Positions 1 to 12,800 of a DNA stretch of 64,000 nucleotides are shown here, piece by piece (position 1 is the first letter of the stretch; each line of letters begins with the position of its first letter). Both the position numbers and the translations under genes were made by a program. The stretch lies in IMG/VR virus record IMGVR_UViG_3300044631_002422, positions 1-64,000 of that record, one strand, 5' to 3'. This stretch comes from a virus. Below the pieces are notes generated by a model, which was given only the letters and a program-made list of their open reading frames with translations, did not search any database and was not told the DNA's origin.

Positions 1-745
1 TCATATCTTTAACTACAGTTAAATTACCGGACACATCCTTTATGGCAAGATGAACAGCAGTGCGTTCAGAAGAATCTCCAACGAATCCAATGTTTCTAGG
101 TCCAGTTCCAGTGGCTGTTTCGGTAACTACCATAGCGCATGTTCCTCCAAAACTATTAAACCCTCCGATACCATGACGATATGTACTATTTGCTCCGGGA
201 TATAGTGTATCAAAAGCTGGAGGGTCGTCTAAAACTGTCCCAAAGTAAGTATTTAGGGCGATAATTCCAGCCACGCGAAGTGAATTCCCAGTTCCAGAGC
301 TACCGTCAGTCACAGACTGTTCGGAGATTGTCCCATCGCCCTGAAGTAAAACAATGCCAGCGTCGTGCGTAGCAGAGTTTTGACTAGAATTTACGGTTAT
401 AGCCACCGCCCAAATTTTCTTTGTATTATTTGTTCTATTTACTACTACGGTTTGTGTTCCGGTAGCAATACCAGAGCCTAAAAACCAAGCCTTGCAATTA
501 TAACCGTTGCCACTTTGACTTTGCCCAGAATCAAGTTCGGCCTCGCCGCTAGTTACAGCAGTCAAAGACGTTCCGCCATAAGTTACAGAACTAATATTAT
601 TTCCTTCTAGATCCATCAACTCCGCATAAGTAAAAGTAAAAACTATAACACCTTCGGGCGTTCCGCCAGCATGACTCCAGCTAAAACTACCAGTACTTTG
701 TGTAATACTACCATGCGCACTAGAAGCATCAAAAGTAATTGCCAT
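1..745 (-). CDS. Putative virion/tail-associated beta-rich protein (3'-truncated by window edge)
   Basis: ATG at 745 (MAITFDASSAHGSITQSTGSFSWSHAGG...), 2 nt after the upstream stop; frame stays open to position 1; G/S/T-rich like its neighbours. Confidence 0.7.
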   Translation of the reverse strand, partial: MAITFDASSAHGSITQSTGSFSWSHAGGTPEGVIVFTFTYAELMDLEGNNISSVTYGGTSLTAVTSGEAELDSGQSQSGNGYNCKAWFLGSGIATGTQTVVVNRTNNTKKIWAVAITVNSSQNSATHDAGIVLLQGDGTISEQSVTDGSSGTGNSLRVAGIIALNTYFGTVLDDPPAFDTLYPGANSTYRHGIGGFNSFGGTCAMVVTETATGTGPRNIGFVGDSSERTAVHLAIKDVSGNLTVVKDM

Positions 746-747
746 TG

Positions 748-3700
748 TTAACTTTCAATAGTGTAATATGTAACCGTTACCGATAAACCGCCACCAACTG
801 GATCTTCGCAGGTCAATCTTAATTCTTCATCATCGGCCCCAATACCAATAACACCGCCGCCATTTCCGATTGAAACACCGCTACCGGCAGCAATTCCTTT
901 ATGATCTAAAATAATTCCATTTGCACCAGTAGAAGAATCTGCGGGCAGTGTTGTTGTGGTCGAAAACGCTAATTTTACCGCAACACCACCAGCAGCCGTC
1001 ACCGCGCTATCTACAGTTACTGTTACCGAAGTAACAACAACTTTTGTGCCAGCCGCAATTGTTCCAACTATCGAAGCGCCGGTTTGGGCTCCGGTTGCGT
1101 CTGCAATATATGTTGTTCTTGAAATAGTATTTGGATGACCACCAATTGTCCAAAGAATGCCATGACGATTGGCATAAAGATTGGTTCTGTCTGCTGCCGC
1201 AACTTGAGTTGGATTAGTGCCATGTGCTATTGCCTTCGCCCCAATTTTTACTGGACTACCGGCATCTATTGCGTCATGCTCAACACTTCCATCGGTCTTT
1301 AATGAACCATTAGGACCAGCAACTAACGATCTAGAATCTGTACCATCAACAGCACCAATCATTATAACGCTAGTTGGTGCGGTTCCACTATCTTCACCAA
1401 AAGCTGGATGTGTCACATTTACTGCACCATTTGGTGACATCCATACTCTGGCAACATCACCATCTGCCTCGCCAAATGGTGGCGATGAAGAAACAACTCC
1501 TCCAATCAAAATTGGCCTATTATTTGAAACTGCAACGCCATGATTTTGTATACCACCAACAGCAAGTGTTCCAGCAGTTCCTCCGTTTACAACCGAAGTA
1601 TTACCAATTTGAGTCAAATTTATAGTGCTGTTTGCAGCGAGTGTGAGGTCAAGCCCACTCGCATTCACGTAAAGCCTTCCAAGGGTGTCTGTTTTAAGAG
1701 TCGCAAAATCCCCATCGTTTGATGTTGAAGTGGCTAAACTATCCTGTCTAACTGTCCCGGCAAGGGTCAAAGATTCACCTCCTGCGGAAGTTGCATCCTC
1801 AGTGTATTGAGTACCGCCTCCAAAAGAAGTGACCTGTGCGCCAGCAGCATTAACTATTTGAACCGAAAGAGCGCGTTCTGAGCCCCTAGAGGCTGATGTT
1901 AACGCATTTCCAGAGCCATCCTGTGTTCTAACATTCCAAGTTCCAGACTGGGTTGCCGCAATAGTACCAGTAGAATCACTAGCGACTGTGACTCGTAATG
2001 CCGTGGCAGCTGTGCCATTTCCAGACGTAGAAAGAGGTGCGGGTACTGTGAGAACATCCACATCCCCAATATTATTAGTACCAGCCGCTAGATTAGCAGT
2101 AACCGTTCCTGACACAGGCTGAGTAACAGCCGAGCCATCAACCTTCAATGCATTTGCTGCCGTAACAGTGGCGTAACGAGCGCGTGTAGCTCCGTCTTCA
2201 ATCACACCAACTTGTGCGCGATTAGTATTTATTCTACCAGCCGCCGCGTCATTTTCTGTTAAAGCTGTTCCGGCTACTTCGTCAAAGATATAGCCTGACA
2301 TTGCCAGTTTTGTCGTGCCGTCAGTAAACCCAGCGTTGTCTGTAACCACCGTGTCATCAAGTAGTTGCAGTGCAGTGATTATCGTGGATTGATTCGCAGA
2401 AGTAGCCGCGCCGGTAGGCAAAGAAACAGTTCCAGAAACGTTAGTAATATTCCAAGTACCTGACTGTGTGGCAGCTACCGTACCGTCAACAGTGATTGAC
2501 CCAGCACCGTCGTCAATTGATAAAGTAGACCCGCCGTCAGCTACATTGACTGCACCGGCAGTAGTTGTCCAAATCCTACAAAGGTCTCCGTTGGCTACTG
2601 CCGTGGGTGTGGTAGAAGAGGCATAACCACCCACAAATAATGGGTTAGAACCAGCTATAGAGTCATGGCTATGTGTCCCTTGAACGACTAAGTTACCTGT
2701 AACAATCAACTCACCGTCGTCACTAAAAGTTATAACCCTTGTCTCTCCGCTGCCAAATAGTCCACCAACAGTCACAAACTTTGTTGGCAAGGTGCTATCG
2801 CCGATTATCGCTATAGCACTATTCAAATTAGTTAATGCTGTATTGTCTACAGTTAGTGAAGAGCCATTGTCATCAACCGAGACGAGACCAGTAGAGTCAT
2901 TGGCGAGGGTAACTCGCAGGGCAGTTGCCTCGGTTCCACCACCAGTAGTTGACAACGGCGCAGGTATGGTAAGAACATCTACGTCACCAATATTGTTTGT
3001 GCCTGCCGCGAGATTAGCAGTCACGGTCCCAGAAACTGGTTGTGTTACACCGCTATTGTTAACCCAAAGACGGCCAACTGAGTCAGTTTTAAGATTTGCA
3101 TAATCTCCATCCAAGCTTGTTGAAGAAGCGGGTGTATCTTGACGAATAGCCCCAGCTAATGTAAGAGATTCACCTCCTGCGGAAGCTGCATCCTCAGTGT
3201 ATTGAGTACCACCGCTACCACCTCCAAAAGATGTCACTTGATTACCAGAACCGTCAACTATTTGCACTGAAAGCGCGCGTTCTGACCCGCGTGTAGCAGA
3301 AGTTAAATTATTGCCAGCGCCATCTTGTGTTCGCGTAGACCAAGTACCCGATTGCGTTGCAGCAACGACTCCTGTTGAATCGCTGGCGAGTGTTACTCTA
3401 AGAGCGGTTGCAGCGGTTCCATTACCAGAAGTTGAAAGCGGAGCCGGAACTGTGAGAACATCAACGTCTCCAATGTTATTTGTACCAGCCGCAAGATTTG
3501 CGGTAACAGTTCCAGATACCGGCTGAGTAACAGCCGAGCCATCAACTTTCAATGCATTCGCGGCAGTAACAGTAGCATATCTACCTCTTGTTGCTCCATC
3601 TTCCAAGGTGTGGACTTGAGACCTTTTAGCATCAATCCTAGCTGCCGCAGCGTCATTCTCAGTCAAAGCAGTTCCAGCTACTTCATCAAAGATGAAGCCG

Positions 3701-6700
3701 TTCATACTTAACTTTGTCGTTCCATCAGTAAACCCAGCATTGTCAGTGACAACCACATCGTCCAATAATTGGACAGCGGTGATTATCGTTGACTGATTTG
3801 CGGCAGTAGATGCTCCCGTTGGAAGCGAAACTGTACCAGATACGTTTGTTATATTCCAAGTTCCAGACTGCGTTGCAGCTACTGTACCGTCAACAGTTAA
3901 TGTGCCTCCTCCATCGTCAACCGAAATTGTTGAGCCTCCGTCTGCAATATTCAAAGCACCCGAAGTAGTCGCCCAAAGTCTAACTGCGTCTCCAACAGCC
4001 ACCGCAGTTGGCGCGGAAGTTGAAGCATAAGCCCCTGCCGCAACTAATTGAAGATTAGCTACGTTGTCGTGCGTCACCGTCCCCACTGTAACTTTTACAG
4101 GAAGTGGAAAACTGTCTCCAGCCGTAACCCATTCAGTCCCGTCATAGTAGTGTAAGGCCGAGGCATTTAGATAGAAGTCTCCCGGAGTGTCATAAAGCTC
4201 ACTGCGGTTTATAACAGGGAGTCTGTTTGTTTCATTAACAACTCCCAATGCCGAAGTGCCCGTGTTTGTCTCAAACATCAGAGCGGTTCCGGTTATCGTA
4301 GCATCTGTATCACCCTCAGTGTATTGAGTGCCTCCTCCGAAGGAAGTAATTTGATTTCCAGATCCATCAACAATAGCTACAGCTTGTGCATTATATCCAG
4401 CCAGTGGAACTACTTCTGCGTCAGTTGTTCCATCAGTTAACCTAGTCTTTCCAATGTAGTTAGTACCAGCAGCGAGGCTTGGAAGCGTTGTAATACTTCC
4501 AATATTCCAAGTACCTGACTGGGTTGCGGCGACAGTGCCATCAACAGTGATCGAATTGCCCCCGTCAGCGATATTCAAATGACCTGAGGCATTTGTGCTT
4601 AGGATTTGAGCATTAGTACCATCTGTTCCGCCAACTTGAAATAAGCCGGTTACGGCAGCAGATCCATCTGTCGCCACCGCGTTATCCAATAATTGTAGTG
4701 CGGTTATAATTGTAGATTGATTCGCGGAAGTAGCCGCGCCAGTCGGTAAAGAAACAGTTCCAGAAACGTTAGTAATATTCCAAGTTCCAGCTTGATTAAC
4801 TGCTCCGATAGTATTTGAACCTGTTGGAAGCGCAGGTAATGTAAGAACATCAACGTCTCCAATATTATTAGTACCTGCCGCGAGATTAGCAGTAACCGTT
4901 CCTGACACAGGCTGAGTAACACCGCTGTTATTAACCCATAAACGGCCAACTGAGTCGGTCTTTAAATTAGTATAATCTCCGTCTAAACTGGTCGTTGAAG
5001 AAGGGGTATCCTGTCTAATCGCCCCAGACAAAGTTAGAGATTCGCCGCCGGTAGAGGCAACATCTTCGGTATATTGCGTACCACTTCCACTAAAGGCGGT
5101 TATTTGATTTCCAGAAGCATCTACAATTTGAACCGACAGGGCGCGTTCTGTCCCCCTAGTGGCGGACGTAAGGTTGTTTCCAGATCCATCTTGTGTTCGC
5201 GTAGACCAAGTACCAGATTGCGTTGTCGCAACTGTCCCATCGACCGTAATTGAGTTACCACCATCGGCAATATTAAGATGACCAGAAGCATTTGTGCTAA
5301 GTATTTGCGCGTTCGTTCCATCAGTACCACCAACTTGATAAAGTTTTGTTAAAGCGGCTGAACCATCAGTTGCAACAACATCATCTAATAGTTGTAATGA
5401 AGTCAACGCAGCACCGTCAACTTGAACAGCGAACGTACCAGCATTTGTTACTGGATGTGACGGAACTGTTGCAAGAGATACTGGCAAAGTTGAAATTGCA
5501 GAAGTGCCATCAGAAAGACGAACAAATACCGGAGATCCAACTGGTGCATCAACGGTTAATGAACTAGAATTATCAGTTACTGCTACGGCAGCGGCAATAC
5601 TTACTGGCTGTGTTGCCTGCCAAAATGTTCCTGACACTGGTTGTGTAACAGCGCTTCCATCAACCTTTAAAGCATTTGCAGCAGTAACAGTAGTATATCG
5701 ACCGCGAGTTGTAGCATCTTCTATTATTCCAATTTGGGCTCGCTTTGCGTCAATTCTTGCTGCCGCTGCATCATTTTCGGTAAGAGCCGTGCCAGCGGTT
5801 TCATCAAAAATATAACCCGACATGTTCAGTTTGGTTGTGCCATCTGTAAATCCAGCATTATCTGTTAATATAGCATCATCTAAAAGTTGTAATGCTGTAA
5901 TTATAGTAGATTGATTCGAAGACGTAGACGCGCCGGTTGGAAGCGAAACTGTTCCCGAAACATTGTTAACATTCCAAGTCCCAGACTGTGCGGCTTGTAC
6001 TGCAAATGTTCCTGCATTTGTTACAGGGTGAGAAGGAACTGAAGCTAAAGAAACTGGAAGCGTTGAAATTGCAGAAGTTCCATCTGACAACCTAACAAAA
6101 ACAGGTGTGCCAACTGGCGCATCAACTGTTAAAGATCCACTATTATCAGTAACAGCGACAGAAGCTGCAATACTTACAGGTTGCGTAGCTTGCCAAAACG
6201 TTCCATCTACAGTAATAGAATTACCGCCATCAGCAATATTCAAATGACCCGTGGCATTTGTACTGAGGATTTGGGCATTTGTTCCATCGGTTCCACCCAC
6301 TTGAAATAAGCCAGTTACCGCAGCAGATCCGTCAGTTGCCACCGCGTTATCCAGCAGTTGCAAAGCAGTTATGATCGTAGATTGGTTTGCCGAAGTCGAA
6401 GCGCCGGTTGGAAGAGATACCGTACCAGATACATTGTTTATATTCCAAGTGCCTGACTGAGTAGAAGCAACGGTCCCATCAACGGTAATTGACCCACCGT
6501 TATCATCGATTGAGATAAGTCCGGTAGAATCATTGGCGAGGGTGACTCGCAGGGCAGTTGCCTCTGTGCCTCCTCCAGTTGTTGAAAGAGGTGCTGGAAC
6601 GGTCAGTACGTCTACGTCCCCAATATTATTAGTACCCGCAGGAAGTGCGGCAACCACATCAACTTGCATCTCATTACCTGAGATAGCGTTATCAATTATT

Positions 6701-6816
6701 TCAACCGCCGTTTTAATTGCAGCAGTATTTGGTTCAGCTACTTCTAACCTATTGTTTGCGTCAACCGAAGCTACTTCAGTTCCGTCAGTTAATTTTATTC
6801 TTTCTACGAATGACAT
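748..6816 (-). CDS. Giant repetitive fibre-like virion protein (2022 aa)
   Basis: T/G/S/A-rich; built from recurring modules (NLAAGTNNIGDVDVLT, GTWNITNVSGTVSLPTGA, STIITALQLLD, GTQYTED); lies in the structural module. Confidence 0.7.
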   Translation of the reverse strand: MSFVERIKLTDGTEVASVDANNRLEVAEPNTAAIKTAVEIIDNAISGNEMQVDVVAALPAGTNNIGDVDVLTVPAPLSTTGGGTEATALRVTLANDSTGLISIDDNGGSITVDGTVASTQSGTWNINNVSGTVSLPTGASTSANQSTIITALQLLDNAVATDGSAAVTGLFQVGGTDGTNAQILSTNATGHLNIADGGNSITVDGTFWQATQPVSIAASVAVTDNSGSLTVDAPVGTPVFVRLSDGTSAISTLPVSLASVPSHPVTNAGTFAVQAAQSGTWNVNNVSGTVSLPTGASTSSNQSTIITALQLLDDAILTDNAGFTDGTTKLNMSGYIFDETAGTALTENDAAAARIDAKRAQIGIIEDATTRGRYTTVTAANALKVDGSAVTQPVSGTFWQATQPVSIAAAVAVTDNSSSLTVDAPVGSPVFVRLSDGTSAISTLPVSLATVPSHPVTNAGTFAVQVDGAALTSLQLLDDVVATDGSAALTKLYQVGGTDGTNAQILSTNASGHLNIADGGNSITVDGTVATTQSGTWSTRTQDGSGNNLTSATRGTERALSVQIVDASGNQITAFSGSGTQYTEDVASTGGESLTLSGAIRQDTPSSTTSLDGDYTNLKTDSVGRLWVNNSGVTQPVSGTVTANLAAGTNNIGDVDVLTLPALPTGSNTIGAVNQAGTWNITNVSGTVSLPTGAATSANQSTIITALQLLDNAVATDGSAAVTGLFQVGGTDGTNAQILSTNASGHLNIADGGNSITVDGTVAATQSGTWNIGSITTLPSLAAGTNYIGKTRLTDGTTDAEVVPLAGYNAQAVAIVDGSGNQITSFGGGTQYTEGDTDATITGTALMFETNTGTSALGVVNETNRLPVINRSELYDTPGDFYLNASALHYYDGTEWVTAGDSFPLPVKVTVGTVTHDNVANLQLVAAGAYASTSAPTAVAVGDAVRLWATTSGALNIADGGSTISVDDGGGTLTVDGTVAATQSGTWNITNVSGTVSLPTGASTAANQSTIITAVQLLDDVVVTDNAGFTDGTTKLSMNGFIFDEVAGTALTENDAAAARIDAKRSQVHTLEDGATRGRYATVTAANALKVDGSAVTQPVSGTVTANLAAGTNNIGDVDVLTVPAPLSTSGNGTAATALRVTLASDSTGVVAATQSGTWSTRTQDGAGNNLTSATRGSERALSVQIVDGSGNQVTSFGGGSGGTQYTEDAASAGGESLTLAGAIRQDTPASSTSLDGDYANLKTDSVGRLWVNNSGVTQPVSGTVTANLAAGTNNIGDVDVLTIPAPLSTTGGGTEATALRVTLANDSTGLVSVDDNGSSLTVDNTALTNLNSAIAIIGDSTLPTKFVTVGGLFGSGETRVITFSDDGELIVTGNLVVQGTHSHDSIAGSNPLFVGGYASSTTPTAVANGDLCRIWTTTAGAVNVADGGSTLSIDDGAGSITVDGTVAATQSGTWNITNVSGTVSLPTGAATSANQSTIITALQLLDDTVVTDNAGFTDGTTKLAMSGYIFDEVAGTALTENDAAAGRINTNRAQVGVIEDGATRARYATVTAANALKVDGSAVTQPVSGTVTANLAAGTNNIGDVDVLTVPAPLSTSGNGTAATALRVTVASDSTGTIAATQSGTWNVRTQDGSGNALTSASRGSERALSVQIVNAAGAQVTSFGGGTQYTEDATSAGGESLTLAGTVRQDSLATSTSNDGDFATLKTDTLGRLYVNASGLDLTLAANSTINLTQIGNTSVVNGGTAGTLAVGGIQNHGVAVSNNRPILIGGVVSSSPPFGEADGDVARVWMSPNGAVNVTHPAFGEDSGTAPTSVIMIGAVDGTDSRSLVAGPNGSLKTDGSVEHDAIDAGSPVKIGAKAIAHGTNPTQVAAADRTNLYANRHGILWTIGGHPNTISRTTYIADATGAQTGASIVGTIAAGTKVVVTSVTVTVDSAVTAAGGVAVKLAFSTTTTLPADSSTGANGIILDHKGIAAGSGVSIGNGGGVIGIGADDEELRLTCEDPVGGGLSVTVTYYTIES

Positions 6817-6826
6817 ATTTTACCTC

Positions 6827-9800
6827 TTAGATTATAAACCAATTAGCATTATCGCTAATCAATGTAATACTTGTGTATTGGAATTCGATAGTTTTTGTGA
6901 GACTTCCATCGATTGTTTGTGTGCTATTTGCATCTACAACAACTGTATTTGCTGACGAATCAGTTTTCTTTACGGTTATCTTGGCGGTATTTCCAACAGC
7001 AGTTGGTAAATTCATTGTTACCGAACCCGATGTTGCGTTCACAAGATAAACAATTTCGCCCGATGTGGCCGACACGTTTGTTGTGGTGCTTACTGAAGAA
7101 ACCGAATAACCACTAGCGCTAGAAACGGTCGCCCAGCTTAACGTGGCACTTCCATTGGTAGTTAACGCTTGTCCATTTGAACCATCTGCCGAAGGTAAAG
7201 TATAAGTAGTACTTCCAGCCGCAGCAGCAGGAGCAAAGCCAACATAACCACTGGAGCTTCCGCTCAATCGGAGAGTACCTTTAACGTCTAACTCTGAGCC
7301 GGGAGTATCAGTGTTTATACCAACGTATGATCCAGAAACAACTATAGGCTCATATCCCGGAGCGCCTCCCCCGTATCTAAAAGTACCGTCAGAATGCTTA
7401 CTAGCTAAAATTTCATCGTTATCGGTCATTATCCCAAGCTCTCCTCCATAATAATCATCAGTTATGATGATTCTTCCATTATCGCCATTACCGAAAACAG
7501 ATGATGATGAATATACATCTAAACTATATTGGGGGTCAGTAGTTCCTATACCTACATTACCGATGCTATTTACTCTTAATCTCTCAGACAAAGTGTTGTT
7601 GTAACCACCAGTCCAGATAGTGAAGTCATACTGAGCAGTTCCACCTCCACTGACACCGCTATCCGCACTACCAATTATCCTGATTGCTGAGTAAATTCCG
7701 GCTCCAGACGGGTCAGCGTTGTAGAATTGAATGTCGTGGGCAGTCACTCCTGCCCAAGCAGTAGTTCCTAGATTGGTGGTAGTGGTTGAACGTATTATGT
7801 TTGAACCATTTGCTCCAGACACCTCAAGCAGTGTCGAGGGGCTTGCCCCAATACCAACATTACCCCCGAAGTAGCTTTGGGCGGTACCCGCCCCATAGAA
7901 TGCCCAGCCCGAATTATTACCCGTCTCGACACTTCTCCAATCTGCGGCAGCGGTCAGGACGGGGTTGACATACAAACCCCGAGTAATGCCACTAGCGCCT
8001 CCAGTCTGATTTATTCTGGCGCGAATATAAGCACCAACCCAAGTGCCCGTTCCTGAGGTAGGGGCAAATGAATTAGCAGGAAGTTGCCCAACCACTAAGT
8101 AAGTAGTTAGTCCAGAAGTTTGAGTTTCAGAAGCAGACCGGGTAATGGAGACAACACCTCCCGACATTCCTCCAGTGGTTGTTCGGTTACTGGAGAAACA
8201 AATCGCTAAGTCACCTGATTGTGCAAGTGTTCCAAAACCATCGATTCCAGCGCCACTACTGTAAGGATAAAAACTCGTCTTCTGATTGTCATTTCCAATT
8301 TCAACTACGCCGGGATTGGAGATCCTAAACAGGTTTTGGTCTGACTGGTTTGTAAAACCAGCGGAATATCCTGATACATCACTCGCACCCTTAACAAGTA
8401 ACCTGTAGGAGGAAGAGGCAGCTACTCCAATAGAGAAGTAACCGTCATTACTCAAAGTAGCTCTTGTAACACCTGCGGTCTGAAACTCCATCGACCGGGA
8501 AGTGCCAGTTCCCGCATTTTCAGTTCCAATTTGTAAGACATTTGAAGACCAGACAAACTTCGCACGCTCGTAGTTAGAACCGTCTGTATAAGTATTGTAT
8601 ACTCGGAACGCTTGGGCGGTTAGGCCATTCTTTAGTTCAGCGGAACCAGCTACGTCGAGAGTGACTGTTGGAGCCGAGGCACCAATCCCAACTCCAGTTG
8701 GAGTAAAATAAGTCAGTAATGGTCCCGCAGCGTTGGACCAAGATCGAATTACAACCTGACCCGCATTGGTTGCATGACCTCTCGAATACAATATCATGTA
8801 GGAATAATCTAGGTTATCCCCCGAGATTGTGAAGGACTGAGTGTTTGAGTTCAGCATCAGCTTGAATGGAGTCAGACGTAGACGATCATTTGCATCCGAG
8901 TCCGCAATCAATGATCCAATGAATATCTTATCGTCGTTTGCTACAGTCTTATTTATTAAAAGACTGCCCCCAAATATATGGGCTCTCTGAGAGGGGGATG
9001 CTGTCCCAATTCCGACACTTCCTCCGTTAGCTCCATCAATAGTCATTGCTCGAAGTGAGCCGACAGTTCCAGCAGCATCTACTCCCTGCTGCCATAACCA
9101 GAAGTCTATTGCATTGTTAGCAGCAGCCGCAGAATTATGTCTCGTTCTTATTGCATGACGATACTCAGAGGAAGCATTAAAACCAAATGCAATTTGAATA
9201 GCTGAAGTCCCAGCGCCCGCCTCACCGCTCCTCAATAGAAGTGAATAGCCTGTGGCTCCAGTCTGCCCAGTAATGTCTAACTTAGCTGTTGGGGACACAA
9301 CACCAATCCCCATATTCCCAGAAGAATTTAATACCGCAGTCTGACTTCCATTGTGTTGGAAGATATGCGATCCACTGTTTCGGGTGTTGTAGATATTGTT
9401 AGAAGAGAATAAAAATCGATCTATTGAGTTAGTAGCATCGTATAGCCTGAAATTATCAGAACACCGGATACCATATCCAGCGTCAACTTGAATATTTCCC
9501 CCAGCCACTCTGAACTTGTCACTTGTTGTTGTAGCTCCGATTACTACATTACCCGCAGCAGTAATCCGCATCCTTTCTGATGCAGAAGTTGAGAATCCTA
9601 TCTCGTCCGTAGCAGGACGAAACATTCCCGTATTCGTATCGTTGGTGAAACTGAACGAGGGAGAGATGGCACTTCCATCACTGACTGCCCGATAAAAATC
9701 ATCATATCTCGGGTCTAGTCCGAATGAGATAGCACTTAAAGCAGTTTGTGCTGTTCCAACTGGAGTGTTGTAACTCAACAACCAACCAATTCGCATAAAC

Positions 9801-12800
9801 GCAACACCGTGACGGAATCCGCCCGGCGCTGTTAACATATCACCCGTTGAACTTACTGTAGTGCCTTCAGTTAAAGCACTGTAAAAAGATCCAGTGGGAC
9901 CGATCACGCCTTCATATTTAGTCCAGCTAGTCTGGGTGGGTACGTTACCTCCTGCAATATAGTCGTAAGTACCTCCAGATTGGTGATTAGCTACCTTGGT
10001 TCCAGCAGGACGAGCAACACCCGAATAAGGGACAGCAAGAGTGATTACGTTTCCAGATATCCCTCCCTCAGCCCAAGCCCCGACCATGTAGTTTCTGGTA
10101 TACGTATAGTCGGGGTAAGTGTACCCTTGTCCGTTAGTGTAGGGATGAAACCCTATTGTCCTCTGATGGGAGTTTGGTCCACTGTACCACCCTGTAGCGT
10201 TAGTCAGCGTGATCGTTGGGTCACCGGGATTGAGAGGTAGTGCCAACGTGGTATAAGTACTACCTACAACTTTCTGGCAATTAAAGGGCTGAATCAATAA
10301 TCCATCAGCATCATAACTAACGACCATGCCGTAGTGAGTGGGAGTCTCTGAGACCTCAGACTTTGAGAGGAGTTTGGCATAGTAGGTGTATCTGTGTATC
10401 TTTCCAATGTCAACTGGAATGAGTTCATCATTGGTTATAGCATTATCCGCGCCGTTGTAGACGAATGAACCACCACCAGAAAACCTTTCAGCGGCATTGA
10501 AAGTGATGGTCGAGAAATTGGTGTTGTTTCCAAGAAGACCCGATCCATTTGTCACTAGGTTTTGTAACCTAGACTGAACGTAAGTAGTATAATAACTACC
10601 ATGCTGACCGTCTAACAAGTCTGCGTTTAAGTTCGTGACAACAGTGGTGGAGGCCACTGTAAAAGGTGCAGTTCCAGTTGTGATATCGGATCTAAAAACA
10701 CCAGAGGGTTGAATATAAGATAGAGGGGTTCCTGCACTATTTTGCCACTCCTGTAGATTGGCTGTTTGAGAAGTTGCGGCTTGAACAATCAAGCCTTTTG
10801 TTCCAGCGGCATTGCAAACCATATGCAACATACCGCCGGGAGGGTTTCGGTTAATACCGACCAAACCCCCACCAGTTATACGCATTAGCTCATTCGAGCT
10901 AGAAACTGACGCACCCGCGTAAAAAACATGGTTATCTAGTGTACTTGAGGCTTGGTACCTAAGTATACCACTGCTTATACCTAAACCATAAAATTGGTGG
11001 TCATTGTTGTTGGTATCCCAGAGAACAATTTTCCTGTTTACAGTTGTATTTGCAAACTGCAATGGGGCATTTGTAGTGGTTGTCCCAATTCCAACATTGC
11101 CTGCAAAATAACTAGGGGCTGTCCCTGACCCATAAAACGCCCAACCACTGTTGTTGTTAGTCTCAATCGCACGATAGTTAGCTGCCGCAATCAAATTGGA
11201 GTTTACCCACAAACCACGGGTTATTCCGTTTGCCCCACCTGTTTGATTTATGATGGAGTCGATCTGAATGCCCGCCCACACTCCCGTACCAGAAGTCGGG
11301 TAGAATGGTGCAGAGACTTGGACCAATGATCCAGTACCGCTGCTGAACTGCCTATTTCCTTGGTAGTTTCTAAAGTAGTGGTCTGCCCCTGCAACTGAGG
11401 TTCCTAAGGCACTCCTATATCTCAAACCAGAACTGGTTGTAGTGCCAATATTATCCGTTCCATCAGACGGACTGATAAATGCTCCAGAGGATGCCCCAGT
11501 AGTTGGCCCAACATGAATTCCACCATCATCGCGAACACGGAAGACATGTACACCAGCACTATCTTCTAAATTTATTCCAAAAGTTGCAGATGTATTTCCC
11601 GAACCCTTAACATGCAACCTTGCAAGTGTACTGATTGTTCCAATACCAACATTTGTTCCATTATCAAATATCAAACTATTGGCAAGCGTATCAGAATCGC
11701 TCCATTTTGGCACATAGTTTGTTGTGCCGGTTCCGTCAACTCCAGTGCCATTTACCCATGAAGAGTTTGCTGAGTTGTATCTAAGAAAGTTTCCATTAAC
11801 AGGACTGGTAATTACAACATCTGTTAAATCATCAAGCGAAGTAATTGCCTGACCGCCAGCAGTAACTGTTGATATACTTCTAAACAATCCAGCCTGAATA
11901 AACTTTGCATCAGCCGTGTTGCTTAAATTTGTAGTATTAGATTTAACAATTAAATAACCACAAAACACACCCTGATTCGATGTAAGCTCACTTTCCGAAA
12001 AAACCTCATAAGGAATATTTGCTTCTGCCGCTTGTATAGAATTGTATTCTTCGCCGCCATAATAAATTCCAATCAAAGTTGGTTGCGTTGGGCAAGAGAA
12101 AATTCTTTGTATAGTGTACTTGCCGCCAGAAGCAGTTTGAAGTGTGCCGCTTCCATTGTCGTATTTAGTAGGATCAACTAAGCTTCCTATTTGGATATTA
12201 AATCCGCCCGAGCCGTTTTTGAAGTAATAATGAACTGCGCCAATAGGACTTGCGTTTGTATCCGAAACAATATTTGGGTTGTTTGGATCGTTTAAATAAT
12301 TTGAGCCAATAGAATAAGAAGTTCCACTTGATCTACTTATTTGCAAATTAGTGCTATAAGCACTGATTGTGTTTCCAGATAATTTAAGCGGACCAAAAGC
12401 ACGAACAAACGGGTCTACAAGCGTGGACTGACCGTAAGATAAGTGCGGTGCTGGTTTTGCAAAACTTATAGAGGTATTATTCGGATGAACAGCAACACCA
12501 AGAGGAAGCTCTGTTTCATAACCAGAATCAGACCAAGCCGATGAAGATTGAACTACATTACCCGAACTATTTATTGAAAACCAAGTAACTTCACTTGTTG
12601 CGAGATAAGTTAATGTTACTGCTGTTTTGGCCGTCCAAGTCACAGTGGTTACTGTTGGAATCGGTAGTGCAGTCGTAGATGCCCCAGCAGAAACAATAAT
12701 ACCAACACCAGCAGAAATATCAACTTTACTATTATCAAGTGCATTTACAGTTATTACACCGCCATACAAAACGCCAGTTTGAAGATTTTCAACAAATCTA

